This document shows positions 28,843 to 38,617 of a DNA stretch of 64,000 nt, in pieces (within the stretch, counting starts at the first letter, position 1; each line of letters begins with the position of its first letter). Both the position numbers and the translations under genes were made by a program. The notes beneath the pieces are model-generated. The model was not told the DNA's origin, did not search any database, and saw nothing but the letters and a program-made list of their open reading frames with translations. This DNA is from a virus, in IMG/VR virus record IMGVR_UViG_3300032050_000011; one strand, given 5' to 3'.

Positions 28843-29289
28843 TTATTTTGTAAAAATAGCTTTTTCTAACATATTTGCCGCTATATTGTCTAAATCAACT
28901 AGATCTTTTTTTCTATTATATTTTTGCTTCCATGCTATGATATCGTCAACGTCTTGGCAGATAATATTCCCATAGTTTGATTCTACTGCTCTCAAATTAA
29001 ACTCTTTATTTTTCTTAAATAATAATATATTAACCTTAACGTTGGAATACTTAGTAAATCCTGAGTATGATACATACTCGTCGTCTCTTTCGATATCTGA
29101 GTAAATATCTGGCCACAGACCTAGCTCTTTAATAATGTTAACATTAGAAGATACAAAATCTATATCGTGTATAGGTCTATTTGGCAATACACCTTTAAGA
29201 ATTAGCGCCGCTGATCCGCATAAAAAAATATCTTTATGATTAGCTTGAAGTTGCGTTATCATAAAAGATATGTCTTTTACATCTTCCAT
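28843..29289 (-). CDS. Nucleotidyltransferase-fold protein
   Basis: LCGSAALILKG...RPIHDIDF; WK...RKKDLVDL. Confidence 0.75.
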   Translation of the reverse strand: MEDVKDISFMITQLQANHKDIFLCGSAALILKGVLPNRPIHDIDFVSSNVNIIKELGLWPDIYSDIERDDEYVSYSGFTKYSNVKVNILLFKKNKEFNLRAVESNYGNIICQDVDDIIAWKQKYNRKKDLVDLDNIAANMLEKAIFTK

Positions 29290-29290
29290 G

Positions 29291-30151
29291 TTAGCCTAGC
29301 TTTTCTTTAATACGTTTAGCATATATCTTTAGTATCTGAATCTCTTCGTCTGTGAAATCATTAGTCTTTGGTTCATGAAAAATACTCTCTAGTTGCTGCT
29401 CTAGGAAAGATCTAATGTCTTTTTCAAGGATGTTAAAAGCATCGCCTTTCTTCTTGATGATCGGACCTCCGAGTAGATCTCGGATAGCATTTGCTCGTTC
29501 GAGCTTTTTATCCAGTTGAGTGTGTACCACACGTCGAAGCTCGGGATCTTCTGCACCGCCATCTGATCCTGAATTACCTGATCGTAGAGACCCAGACAAG
29601 CCAGAGTCTCTGAGATTCTCGCTCTTATTGAGAGATTTGCTGTCTGTGTCTTTAGTTCTTGAATCATTTTGTTGGACTTTCTTAAAATCTGTAAGTTGTC
29701 TTTTTTCGAATTCATAGGTTTTTGACATATTTTCGTATAGCCTTGTTGCGTGAAAAAACTGTGATTTAGTTAGTGGTTCATTGTTTGCGACGCATCGCTG
29801 CCAGTGTGCATCTTCGTCTTCATCATGCATTAGAATTCTTATAGATTCATTATTAAACTCAATTTGCCTAAGGTACTCGAAGTCCTCATCGTCTAAGAGT
29901 GCTTGTCTGCCAAATATCTCTGGCCAAACTAGTTCGCCATATGGCGAACGATCAAACACAACATCTTTGCCCGCATACTTGCTGTACATCTCTAGTATTT
30001 CTTCAAGATATGAAGCACCGGCATAACCTGGTTTAAAGTATCTTTTATTAGGCGCTTCCATGTGTACTATCTGGAAACCTTGATTTTTATATATTTCAGC
30101 AAGTGTAGATTTACCAGATCTGTCAAGACCTTCTAGAATTATCCATGCCAC
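29291..30151 (-). CDS. Thymidylate/dNMP kinase-like protein with C-terminal extension
   Basis: IILEGLDRSGKSTLA; VVFDRSPYGELVW. Confidence 0.8.
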   Translation of the reverse strand: MAWIILEGLDRSGKSTLAEIYKNQGFQIVHMEAPNKRYFKPGYAGASYLEEILEMYSKYAGKDVVFDRSPYGELVWPEIFGRQALLDDEDFEYLRQIEFNNESIRILMHDEDEDAHWQRCVANNEPLTKSQFFHATRLYENMSKTYEFEKRQLTDFKKVQQNDSRTKDTDSKSLNKSENLRDSGLSGSLRSGNSGSDGGAEDPELRRVVHTQLDKKLERANAIRDLLGGPIIKKKGDAFNILEKDIRSFLEQQLESIFHEPKTNDFTDEEIQILKIYAKRIKEKLG

Positions 30152-30314
30152 CGTATATTCCTTTTTTAAATTTATTTACATATCGTTCAGCTTTAGTTAG
30201 GGCAAAATATGGGCCATCATCTTCTTCTACGTGACTGACAATATTATTAGGGATTTCCAGCTTGGAAATGACGAACATAAGCCTATATAATATTTCGTAA
30301 TCCTGTACAATCAC
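30123..30314 (-). CDS. Small hypothetical protein, probably leaderless
   Basis: GTATAAT 6 nt before GTG. Confidence 0.55.
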   Translation of the reverse strand: MIVQDYEILYRLMFVISKLEIPNNIVSHVEEDDGPYFALTKAERYVNKFKKGIYGGMDNSRRS

Positions 30315-30354
30315 AAAAATATTATACTTAATATAAAATGACTAAAGATGAAGT

Positions 30355-32196
30355 TTACTTTTCTCTTTGGCCATGCTGTATAGCGTTATAAGCCGCTTTA
30401 CCTTTTATTTCAGCCATGTCAGCGTCATGTTTTTCTTTATCTCTAGAGTGTTTTTGCTGTTCTAATTCTGCTTTCTGCTGTTCCTGCTGCTGTTGAGCTG
30501 CTAACTGCTGCTGCTGAGCAGCTGCTTGCTCTTTTTGAGCTTTCTGTTGCATTTTGCCTTGCTCAATCTGCATAAGCATCTGCTGCCAGCCCATAAATGA
30601 AGGATCGCCGGGAATATACTGGAGTTCTTGTTTTTTTGAAGCGCCTTTATCTCCAAGAAATAGCTCTCGTATTTCGCCTCTTGTCATGTTCTTTTCCACT
30701 ACGCCCCAAAATGCAGCGTTCATTGGTAGATCAGCTATCGGATGTTTTATGTGCTTCTTTCTAGCTGCAGATAGAAGATCGTTCATAGATTTATGAACAG
30801 CCATTTCTGCTTGCAACAATGCTACTTCTGTCTGTGGAGTTTCATCAGTGTAGCCTTCAAATTGAAATTTATATTTTTTAGGATAGTCTGGGTCTATAGC
30901 TGGCAGTATGCTAGAGTTTATAAAATCTTCTAGAAACATAAGCAGCGGATATAGACCTTTTTCTCTAGAGAATTCAATCTTAGTTTCATGACCTTGCTGA
31001 TTTACTGCACGACCGCCAGTAACGAGCAGATCAAGACCTAGTTCCATAGGATCTATCTGGAACTGCGAGCACACGGCACGCATAAGATGTGTATTGTAGT
31101 TTAAGTACTCCATCTCTTTTGAGCCACCAGCCATGGGAACCCACTGTACGTCTTCTAGGCCAGAGACTATAGGAGTTCGCCATGCATTTTGTGCGCCGTT
31201 TATAAGACTATAGAATTGCCTACGAAATGCAGTCATCTGTGCTTGCGTGACTGTTCCTTTTAGATGTAGTATTCCTTTTGCTGCTTGACCATGAGTAAAG
31301 AAGTTGGAGTTATAGTGCTCCGTATTCATATGGTTAGTTATATTTATTATGGCCATCTCTGTTGGAGAATAGCAGTAGCCATTGCCGTCTGCAAAATTCT
31401 GTGGGCTATAGAGTTTAAATATTAGATCTTCATCTCCAAATACTGCAAGGGGTCTGTTATCATAAGATACTTGTATATATTTATAGTAGTCTAGAGGCAG
31501 CTCGTTTACCACATAATTTTTTTTAGGGTCATTATCTGACTGCGATTTAAACGTATTCTTAACAGCCTTTATATGATCTTCGACTTGTGCTCTTGGTGCA
31601 TTTGTATTTATGTGATAAATGCTTTCTGCAGGAACTGGTCTGAACCTGTGTAGTGCACCTCTACGTGTTCTTATTTTCTCAACGGTTACATTTCCAAATG
31701 TAAGAGCATCTCTAACGATCATCTTTATGAAATCATTAAATAGCAATCTGTCATCGTCCGGCGTATTTGATATTCTGCCGCAATTATAGATAAAATCTTC
31801 TAAGTTGCTTATTTCTTTTTTTTCATCTGATGAATATTCTTCGGCATGATCTCGTTTAACTATGCGGTAACCAAGATCAAATTTTCTTGTTTGAGGCCTA
31901 GCAAATCTAGATAGAGTATCTACCCTATTCTGCACAATAGTGGATACTAGCCAGTCTCTCATAGAGACATCTTTTAGTGTCTTATTGGACAATCTTGAAA
32001 GTCTATATCTAAAGATAGTTTGCTGACTTTGTTGGGTAAAAAATGGATCAGCAACTATTGCTTTACGGCCTATCTCTGGATTATCATCGTCTGAAACTTC
32101 ATCGCGTTTTTCTGGTACTTGGTCTGCGTCGCCTTTATTTAACAGTTCAATTTCTCTGCGAACGCCATCTCGTATCCAATTATCCCAAAAGGCCAT
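30355..32196 (-). CDS. Portal protein
   Basis: IVRDALTFG, GYCYSPTE, NFFTHG...GILH, NAWRTPI, KEMEY, FQIDPMELG; adjacent to terminase. Confidence 0.9.
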   Translation of the reverse strand: MAFWDNWIRDGVRREIELLNKGDADQVPEKRDEVSDDDNPEIGRKAIVADPFFTQQSQQTIFRYRLSRLSNKTLKDVSMRDWLVSTIVQNRVDTLSRFARPQTRKFDLGYRIVKRDHAEEYSSDEKKEISNLEDFIYNCGRISNTPDDDRLLFNDFIKMIVRDALTFGNVTVEKIRTRRGALHRFRPVPAESIYHINTNAPRAQVEDHIKAVKNTFKSQSDNDPKKNYVVNELPLDYYKYIQVSYDNRPLAVFGDEDLIFKLYSPQNFADGNGYCYSPTEMAIINITNHMNTEHYNSNFFTHGQAAKGILHLKGTVTQAQMTAFRRQFYSLINGAQNAWRTPIVSGLEDVQWVPMAGGSKEMEYLNYNTHLMRAVCSQFQIDPMELGLDLLVTGGRAVNQQGHETKIEFSREKGLYPLLMFLEDFINSSILPAIDPDYPKKYKFQFEGYTDETPQTEVALLQAEMAVHKSMNDLLSAARKKHIKHPIADLPMNAAFWGVVEKNMTRGEIRELFLGDKGASKKQELQYIPGDPSFMGWQQMLMQIEQGKMQQKAQKEQAAAQQQQLAAQQQQEQQKAELEQQKHSRDKEKHDADMAEIKGKAAYNAIQHGQREK

Positions 32197-32245
32197 ATAG
32201 TACTCCGTTTATTGATATATTATACTTTGGAATGGGCTCTGACAG

Positions 32246-34171
32246 TCAAAAACCCCATAAAAATCCACCACTTGATCCAGTCCCGTCATCATCTTCCATG
32301 TCATTTAGGCGACCTATTTTGCCTAATTTAGTAGGGTCTGGCTCTTCTGTATTTAGTCTTAAGTTATTTACTGCACAAAATTCTTCAGCTGAAGGTGTTT
32401 TAAAATAAGAACCCTGAGAGTCTACTGTGCTACCCCTATCAGTCTCTATCATGTGCCCCATCACTAGAGTGCCTTTACCTAGTAGCATAGTCAATGGATA
32501 TCGAAGAGCATCTAGCCAATGATCATACTCTGTGTCTGGCATTTCAGTTATAGAACCATCTGCTGAAGTTTTAAAGTGATAGGTTAAAAACTCATTTATT
32601 AGTGGCTCGTTAGTTTCTTTTGCTACGTGAATTTTTGTATCATTAGAGCCAGGTACACGTAGAAGTCTCTTTATTACCTGTATTCCAGTATTTATTGATT
32701 TATCATTTTCTGAAGAAACCGGTAGTCCAGCTTTCTTCATCTCTGTTACTGCGCCTTGATCTGCGACATCTGGGAAATATAGCTGACATCTGTACATAAA
32801 GTTATATTTAGTCTTTATGTAATGGATCCATTCAGGCTGAGACACAAAAGTCATGCCGTCAGATCTAACGACATATACATTGTCTTTTTTATCTATGAAA
32901 AAATATACAACTGTATTTGGGTTAGACCATCCCCAGTCAACGCCTGCATAGCAGGGCAAATTCATTGAATGACATTTTTTAACGAATATATCATGTGTAC
33001 ATTCACCAGGAAACTCTATACCGGTGAGTGTTTTCCACATGCCATTCCAGTCTTTGACATGCAGCTTCTCATCAAATTCCTTATATATAATTCCTTCTAC
33101 TGAAGGCTTAAGATTCATAAGCTGAGCCAGTGCCCAATCAGTGCCTTCAGATCGTACTTTTTTTATAAGTTCGCCCACTGGCTTAAGCATCCAGGACTTA
33201 GAACTTTGTTTTTTAGCATCACCTAGACATATAGCCGCGGCTGGACACTGTAGGCATTTCTCGCCCGGCATAACATGCATCGTGTATTCGCGCTGTTTTT
33301 TAGGATCTTTTATCTTGAAGGTGTCTTCACTTACAACCTCCATATTGTCTTGTATATGATATGAAGGTGTAGGTTTTGTACCAGATCTTTCGTCTGGGCA
33401 TCGTTCGGTAAACTCCCAAGCAGTCCAGCGCCTAACGTGTCGACCAGCAGAATCCGCGTCTTCCATCATTCTGTTCATCAATCCATATCTAGACTTTCTG
33501 GTTGATATCCCTACTCTTAGTGCTTTCTTCTCACCTTTAGTATCTAGCATACCGCTAATTTCTTTAAATGCCTTTAAACCTTCACCTGATACGGTGTCGA
33601 TCTCATCAGTTACTACTAATGGTACGTGAGGACCGTTACATGCCTTAAGAGTGCAGGGCAGAACTTCTAGTGTAACAGTTTTTCCACTAAGTAAAAATGC
33701 AGATTTCTCCATGTTAAGTTTCTGCAAAACTCGTTCTTCTTGCGGTAAATGCTTATCTTCTAATATAGGGCGTATTTTGCTACTTAACATAAAATTAGTT
33801 TGATACTCATAGCATCGTTTTGCCTGTGCAATAACAGCGCCAACATGACAAACGTCTCGCTCATCATGAAGCATTACTAAAAGCTCTGCTATGGCCATTC
33901 CAAGTGTTTTACCTGATCCTCGACCAGCAACATATAGCAGCTCCTCTATCTCCAGAGGATTATTCTTATTTACACATATATCGTAAACTTCCCATATGAT
34001 ATCTAGTGGATTTGTATCTGCATATCTCGATACTGTGACGTCGGGTAAATATAGACCAAAAAATACTTGTATAAATTTAGCCAACTCTTCTTTAGTCTTG
34101 CATTTATTAAAGAAAAGCTTTTTCCTAGTTTTTAACGGAATTTTCTCTAAATTTATATCTTTTTTAGTCAC
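32246..34171 (-). CDS. terL: Terminase large subunit
   Basis: Walker A AGRGSGKT, Walker B VVTDEID, IST motif III, nuclease GVDWGW and DHWLDALRY. Confidence 0.92.
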   Translation of the reverse strand: MTKKDINLEKIPLKTRKKLFFNKCKTKEELAKFIQVFFGLYLPDVTVSRYADTNPLDIIWEVYDICVNKNNPLEIEELLYVAGRGSGKTLGMAIAELLVMLHDERDVCHVGAVIAQAKRCYEYQTNFMLSSKIRPILEDKHLPQEERVLQKLNMEKSAFLLSGKTVTLEVLPCTLKACNGPHVPLVVTDEIDTVSGEGLKAFKEISGMLDTKGEKKALRVGISTRKSRYGLMNRMMEDADSAGRHVRRWTAWEFTERCPDERSGTKPTPSYHIQDNMEVVSEDTFKIKDPKKQREYTMHVMPGEKCLQCPAAAICLGDAKKQSSKSWMLKPVGELIKKVRSEGTDWALAQLMNLKPSVEGIIYKEFDEKLHVKDWNGMWKTLTGIEFPGECTHDIFVKKCHSMNLPCYAGVDWGWSNPNTVVYFFIDKKDNVYVVRSDGMTFVSQPEWIHYIKTKYNFMYRCQLYFPDVADQGAVTEMKKAGLPVSSENDKSINTGIQVIKRLLRVPGSNDTKIHVAKETNEPLINEFLTYHFKTSADGSITEMPDTEYDHWLDALRYPLTMLLGKGTLVMGHMIETDRGSTVDSQGSYFKTPSAEEFCAVNNLRLNTEEPDPTKLGKIGRLNDMEDDDGTGSSGGFLWGF

Positions 34172-34782
34172 TGATCATCGCCCTTATTAAGCAGTGAATC
34201 TAGATCTATATCGTCGTCATCTTTCTTTTTATCTAGGGTTTTTGGATTATTCGGAGCAAGGGCATCAAACATAGGAGACATTGAGTTGGATTTAGCACTC
34301 GGCGTTGCTCCTTGCACTATTTTTCCAAGCGTTTCTGCAACCTCTTTGTATTCTTTTATAGAACTTATTCTAAGAGATGGCTTTGGATTATTAGCATCTA
34401 GTATGTAGCGTCTCATATCGTCCATGTGTTCTACGCCAGCTACACTTAGCATCGAGGTAAGAAAGTCTACTTGTTCTATAACTGATTTTACGACTTTAGC
34501 TCGCACTCTATCTCTAAGTGTTCCCTGCATTTTTTCTCTGTCTAGGCCCCATTTTTTAAGTGCAGCAGTTAAAACTATTTGACCTACCTCATATTGAGGA
34601 AACTGCTGTTGTATCTCGTGGAAAGAGCTGCCTATAAGAAACATCTCATATAGTTTAAGCGCCTCTATATCATCAATGGCACCAGCTGTCTTATGTTTAC
34701 GAAGATACTTTTCTCCCAACTCTATTTCTCTTTGAGTTAAGCCTATTTTTTCATCGTCATTAAAATCACGTTTTAATGCCAT
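34168..34782 (-). CDS. Hypothetical protein, candidate terminase small subunit
   Basis: Overlaps terL start; helical N-terminus. Function inferred from position only. Confidence 0.45.
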   Translation of the reverse strand: MALKRDFNDDEKIGLTQREIELGEKYLRKHKTAGAIDDIEALKLYEMFLIGSSFHEIQQQFPQYEVGQIVLTAALKKWGLDREKMQGTLRDRVRAKVVKSVIEQVDFLTSMLSVAGVEHMDDMRRYILDANNPKPSLRISSIKEYKEVAETLGKIVQGATPSAKSNSMSPMFDALAPNNPKTLDKKKDDDDIDLDSLLNKGDDQ

Positions 34783-35207
34783 TACTCTGCTCCGTCTTTC
34801 CAGAAGTCTTTAGCTTGATCACCAGAATCTTTAAATAGACTTATTTTAACCGACCAATCTTTTGTAAGATAGTTCTTAATAAAACGATTACCTATTTCTT
34901 CTAGATTATAGCCTAGACCAATCTCGTCGCTTTCTTTTTTATTTTTTATAAATTTCTTAAGTCTAAATGATTCAAACAGGCCTATATTTTCGCCACTATT
35001 GAATCTATTCAGTAATTCAATATTTTCATATAGTTTATCTGGAATAAGTAGGCTGTAGGTAACTATCTTGTCATTAAAGTCAATAGATGTCTTAACGTCT
35101 TTAACTTCTTCTAAAAGACAATAGCCACCCATAGCGATAGTATCTTTAACATGATCGGTTAATATGTTATTATTAACTAACCACTTATGATGATCTACAT
35201 AATCCAT
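34782..35207 (-). CDS. Hypothetical protein
   Basis: SD GAGG; GTATAAT at 35225-35231. Confidence 0.7.
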   Translation of the reverse strand: MDYVDHHKWLVNNNILTDHVKDTIAMGGYCLLEEVKDVKTSIDFNDKIVTYSLLIPDKLYENIELLNRFNSGENIGLFESFRLKKFIKNKKESDEIGLGYNLEEIGNRFIKNYLTKDWSVKISLFKDSGDQAKDFWKDGAE

Positions 35208-35236
35208 ATCTTCCTCATCTTATGATTATACCAAAA

Positions 35237-36244
35237 TTAATGTAAGTTGTTGATTATCTCTTGAGCCTTACGAATTATTAACTGCTTATCTAGACTGCCG
35301 CTATATATCTTATCTACATATTCTGACACTATTAATGACGGCGAAGATGCCTGTATCTTTATCCTATTTTGCTTCTCCGCATCTATTAAGTCTAGTTTTA
35401 TAACAGTATTTTTGCCTTCTATAGATTTAAGGTGTTTTTTAGATTTAAGATACTGAGTAAGTTCAGCCCTAGGACCAGTAATTTTCAATAGCCATCTGTT
35501 TACAGTGTCTAGCGACTCTACTCCTAGGTAAAGATCTTCTAAATTAAATGTCTCGTCTATTTTAAAAGATACACTTTTCCATGCGGGAAACGGAGACGGG
35601 ATGAACTGCTGCTCTAGCGTATTAATATCGAAAAGCAGTAGCCCCTTAACCTCATCCACATCCGTGGCGTTATGCGCAACTGGTGTTCCAGGGTACACGA
35701 CTTTTCCAAAGATTTGCCGCTTATGTATATGTCCAGATATGATAATGTCTGCAGAAACTTTGTCAGCGTCGATACCGCAGTCTTCACGTCTAAATCCATA
35801 ATCTGCTCCAATAAATGTATTGTGAGTTATGCAGATTTTATTGGTATTTAGCGGAAAATCTGCGAAGTTCTGAACATAAGGTACTATCGTTATATTCATT
35901 GAGTTTAAGTCAACTCTTGGCTGATCAAACACGATAAAGCGCCCATTACGATTACTAAATGATTGCAGCGCATGATATTTGCTGTCTTTCGGCTTATACT
36001 GATCGTGATTGCCCAAAACATACCAATACTGACAGGATCCTGTTATCGTGTCTATATGATCATTGAATTCTTTCATGATCTCAGATCTAAGAACTGCATG
36101 ATTATGAAACGTATCTCCAAGATTACATACTATGTCTGGTTTATATTCTATCGCAACAGATTCAATCCATCTTAATAGCGCGATAGATTGTTCAAAATCA
36201 TTTATTCTAAGATGTGGATCACCGATGAATAGAATTTTAGTCAT
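35237..36244 (-). CDS. sbcD: SbcD/Mre11 (gp47-like) nuclease
   Basis: GDPH, LGDTF, GNHD, TH, SGHIH, YPGT; start MTKILF with SD GGAG. Confidence 0.88.
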   Translation of the reverse strand: MTKILFIGDPHLRINDFEQSIALLRWIESVAIEYKPDIVCNLGDTFHNHAVLRSEIMKEFNDHIDTITGSCQYWYVLGNHDQYKPKDSKYHALQSFSNRNGRFIVFDQPRVDLNSMNITIVPYVQNFADFPLNTNKICITHNTFIGADYGFRREDCGIDADKVSADIIISGHIHKRQIFGKVVYPGTPVAHNATDVDEVKGLLLFDINTLEQQFIPSPFPAWKSVSFKIDETFNLEDLYLGVESLDTVNRWLLKITGPRAELTQYLKSKKHLKSIEGKNTVIKLDLIDAEKQNRIKIQASSPSLIVSEYVDKIYSGSLDKQLIIRKAQEIINNLH

Positions 36245-36245
36245 G

Positions 36246-36491
36246 CTACTCCAAATATTTATCAAAAAAACAAGATGACCATATTAGGGACACATAGGCT
36301 TCTGCATGAGGTAGAGTGTTTGGTAATGCGCCATGTCCGTAATAATCCTGTATATCTCTTTTACCTAGTCTAGATATTGTGGCGTTTACGCAGTCTTCGA
36401 CTAGGTTTATAGTTTTAAATTTTTGATAATTTTTACCAAGCGTAAAAGACGTGAATGCTAATATGGCAAGCAGTAGTATTCTTAATATAAT
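36246..36491 (-). CDS. Unannotated ~81-aa membrane-anchored ORF lacking an ATG/GTG/TTG start
   Basis: IILRILLLAILAFTSFTLGKNYQK...CFFDKYLE*; fills the gap exactly; only ATC/ATT/ATA near its 5' end. Confidence 0.5.
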   Translation of the reverse strand: MILRILLLAILAFTSFTLGKNYQKFKTINLVEDCVNATISRLGKRDIQDYYGHGALPNTLPHAEAYVSLIWSSCFFDKYLE

Positions 36492-36775
36492 GTTGATCTC
36501 TCTAAATCTAGCTTATATAGTATATCCAATATAATATTATAGTTGCTGGAAAGTACGACGTCGTCATCTGATAAACTTGTCATAGCAAAAACAGTCATTT
36601 TGCCAAATTGAGTGTACATAGTACAATAATTAAAGCCTGATTCTTTTCTAGATGGATAGTAGATCGTGAACATAGACTGCATAGATCTTATGCTTATGTA
36701 AGCAAAGCAGGGCAATTCTAGCCCTGCTTCTGCAATTTTAGCAATCTTTTCTTCAATCTTTTCAATACTAATCAT
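36482..36775 (-). CDS. Hypothetical protein
   Basis: Probable start MISIEK overlapping recA stop. Confidence 0.6.
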   Translation of the reverse strand: MISIEKIEEKIAKIAEAGLELPCFAYISIRSMQSMFTIYYPSRKESGFNYCTMYTQFGKMTVFAMTSLSDDDVVLSSNYNIILDILYKLDLERSTLY

Positions 36776-37880
36776 CCAGCCCTGCAAGATTAACATCTAC
36801 AGTTTGTAGCTGCTTATTTCTAGATTCTAGCGCGCTATCATCGGCAACTAGGCATGCTTTGTACACCTCGTCTAGAATTTTCTTATTAGAGGTAACAAAG
36901 AACTTCATATTCGTTTCGCCTTTAACATTTGGATAGTTGGCAAACGCCCAAGACATGTTATTGGCCTTACCTGTCTCAGCAGAAATCGGATGATAGATTA
37001 CACCCAAAGACTTACCTAGTTCGTAAATCTCTTCTTCTGTGTTTACTATTCCGCTATCGTAGCGAAGGGTAAATTCCGCAACGCGGTAGGGGGCCCCTAC
37101 TCTGTTTTTCTTGCCTTTGACTCGCACTTTGTGACCAACCTGCATTGCTCCGCCTGCGATTGTTGTGCCTTCTTCAAGACGTCCTGCCTTAGTATCTACT
37201 CGTTCTACCTGCAACATATAGTCACAGAAGTGTTTAAGAGAACGACCATCTGGAATAACCCAGGGATTATTCATCTTTTTGTAGGCGTCCATTTCTTCAT
37301 AGACCTGCTGAATAAGTAGAGTAGTAATACTGTAAGTGCGAATAATAGGAAGCAGTCCTTTAAGAGCAGAGCCTAGATATTTTGCGCCAGATCCGCCCAT
37401 AGATACATCCGTGGTCTTAGCCTTGATATCTCCTGGATACCTAATTGACTTTACAGAGTCAACCATTAGTCCATTTATAGGAGCACCTTCTTGTAGCATT
37501 TCAAGAACATCTTTCTCGATCCAGTCAAAGATCTCGACTGGGTCATTGGTCTGCTTAACGAGTAGTCTGTCGAGATCACCACCCAGTTTTTGAAACCAGA
37601 TCGGATTGAAGCTGAACTCAGCATCAACTAGGATCTGGATCGATTCAGGATACTTCTCCTGAAGTTTAATCAATACTAACTGGGAAAGTAATGATTTGCC
37701 TGATGATTCAGGACCGAAGAAGCACACAGCTTTACCTTCTGCAATACCGCCATTGCCTACAGCCCAGTTAAAACTGGGCGAAGCAAGTTCAATAACTTTA
37801 TCAGAAGGCTTGTCCATACCGGAGGCAACTTTGGCAAAGTCGCCCTCAAGCCTCTTCATCCATTTATTAACAGATGACAT
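36768..37880 (-). CDS. recA: RecA/UvsX recombinase
   Basis: GPESSGKS, VDAEFS, MVDSV, KKNRVGAPYR. Confidence 0.92.
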   Translation of the reverse strand: MSSVNKWMKRLEGDFAKVASGMDKPSDKVIELASPSFNWAVGNGGIAEGKAVCFFGPESSGKSLLSQLVLIKLQEKYPESIQILVDAEFSFNPIWFQKLGGDLDRLLVKQTNDPVEIFDWIEKDVLEMLQEGAPINGLMVDSVKSIRYPGDIKAKTTDVSMGGSGAKYLGSALKGLLPIIRTYSITTLLIQQVYEEMDAYKKMNNPWVIPDGRSLKHFCDYMLQVERVDTKAGRLEEGTTIAGGAMQVGHKVRVKGKKNRVGAPYRVAEFTLRYDSGIVNTEEEIYELGKSLGVIYHPISAETGKANNMSWAFANYPNVKGETNMKFFVTSNKKILDEVYKACLVADDSALESRNKQLQTVDVNLAGLDD

Positions 37881-37889
37881 TGTAGCTCC

Positions 37890-38150
37890 TTAAGAAATTT
37901 TACGTAGAGATTTAATGCTACGAGTAACGGGATTTCCTACTTTTGCTAGTTTAAGACCATGCGGAAGACTATCATTGGATAGGGCTAGACTTCTAGCATC
38001 TTTGCGATTAACCACTGCTAGAGCAGAGTCCCCATTCTCAAAGAAAACACGATACTTTTCGCCGTAGCGAAATTGTCTGCCTTCAAATTGAGAAGTGTAG
38101 ATCGTCTGTACTTTGTCATTAATACTTGTACTTGTAAACTTAATCTTCAT
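37890..38150 (-). CDS. Hypothetical protein
   Basis: SD AGGAGG; within recombination operon. Confidence 0.7.
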   Translation of the reverse strand: MKIKFTSTSINDKVQTIYTSQFEGRQFRYGEKYRVFFENGDSALAVVNRKDARSLALSNDSLPHGLKLAKVGNPVTRSIKSLRKIS

Positions 38151-38161
38151 ATATCCTCCTA

Positions 38162-38608
38162 TTAAAAACCTTCGAATGCAGTTCCCTGCACTTCATTGAA
38201 TGAAATTTTCTTGACATCGTCGTGAGCACATCTAAATGCCTGATATTTATTCTTAAGAAAAAGAACCATGGCCTCTGTAGCTGCTAGTTTATCTTTTGCT
38301 CTTATGACATCTTCATCTAGATCTACAAACGCTTCACGTATACCATTCGACATCTTTATGCCTTTAGATTTACAATAATCTTCTGATTTGTCTAGGTATG
38401 CTATGGCTCTGACTTTGTCAAGTTCTGTCTTAGCATCAAGATTTGCTTTTACGGCCTTAGATAACATAGAACTTGTAACGTCCATGGCATTAATAAAGTC
38501 ACGCAGATAATTTGGAGCCATCATCTTATTTAGAGTAGCGATATCTGCTATTTTCTTTGTGTATTCTGCTAGTCTAGATACATCTATAGTCTGCAACTCG
38601 TTAGACAT
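38162..38608 (-). CDS. UvsY-like recombination mediator
   Basis: Helical 148 aa between SSB and RecA; IREAFVDLDEDVIRAK. Confidence 0.6.
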   Translation of the reverse strand: MSNELQTIDVSRLAEYTKKIADIATLNKMMAPNYLRDFINAMDVTSSMLSKAVKANLDAKTELDKVRAIAYLDKSEDYCKSKGIKMSNGIREAFVDLDEDVIRAKDKLAATEAMVLFLKNKYQAFRCAHDDVKKISFNEVQGTAFEGF

Positions 38609-38617
38609 AAAACCTCC

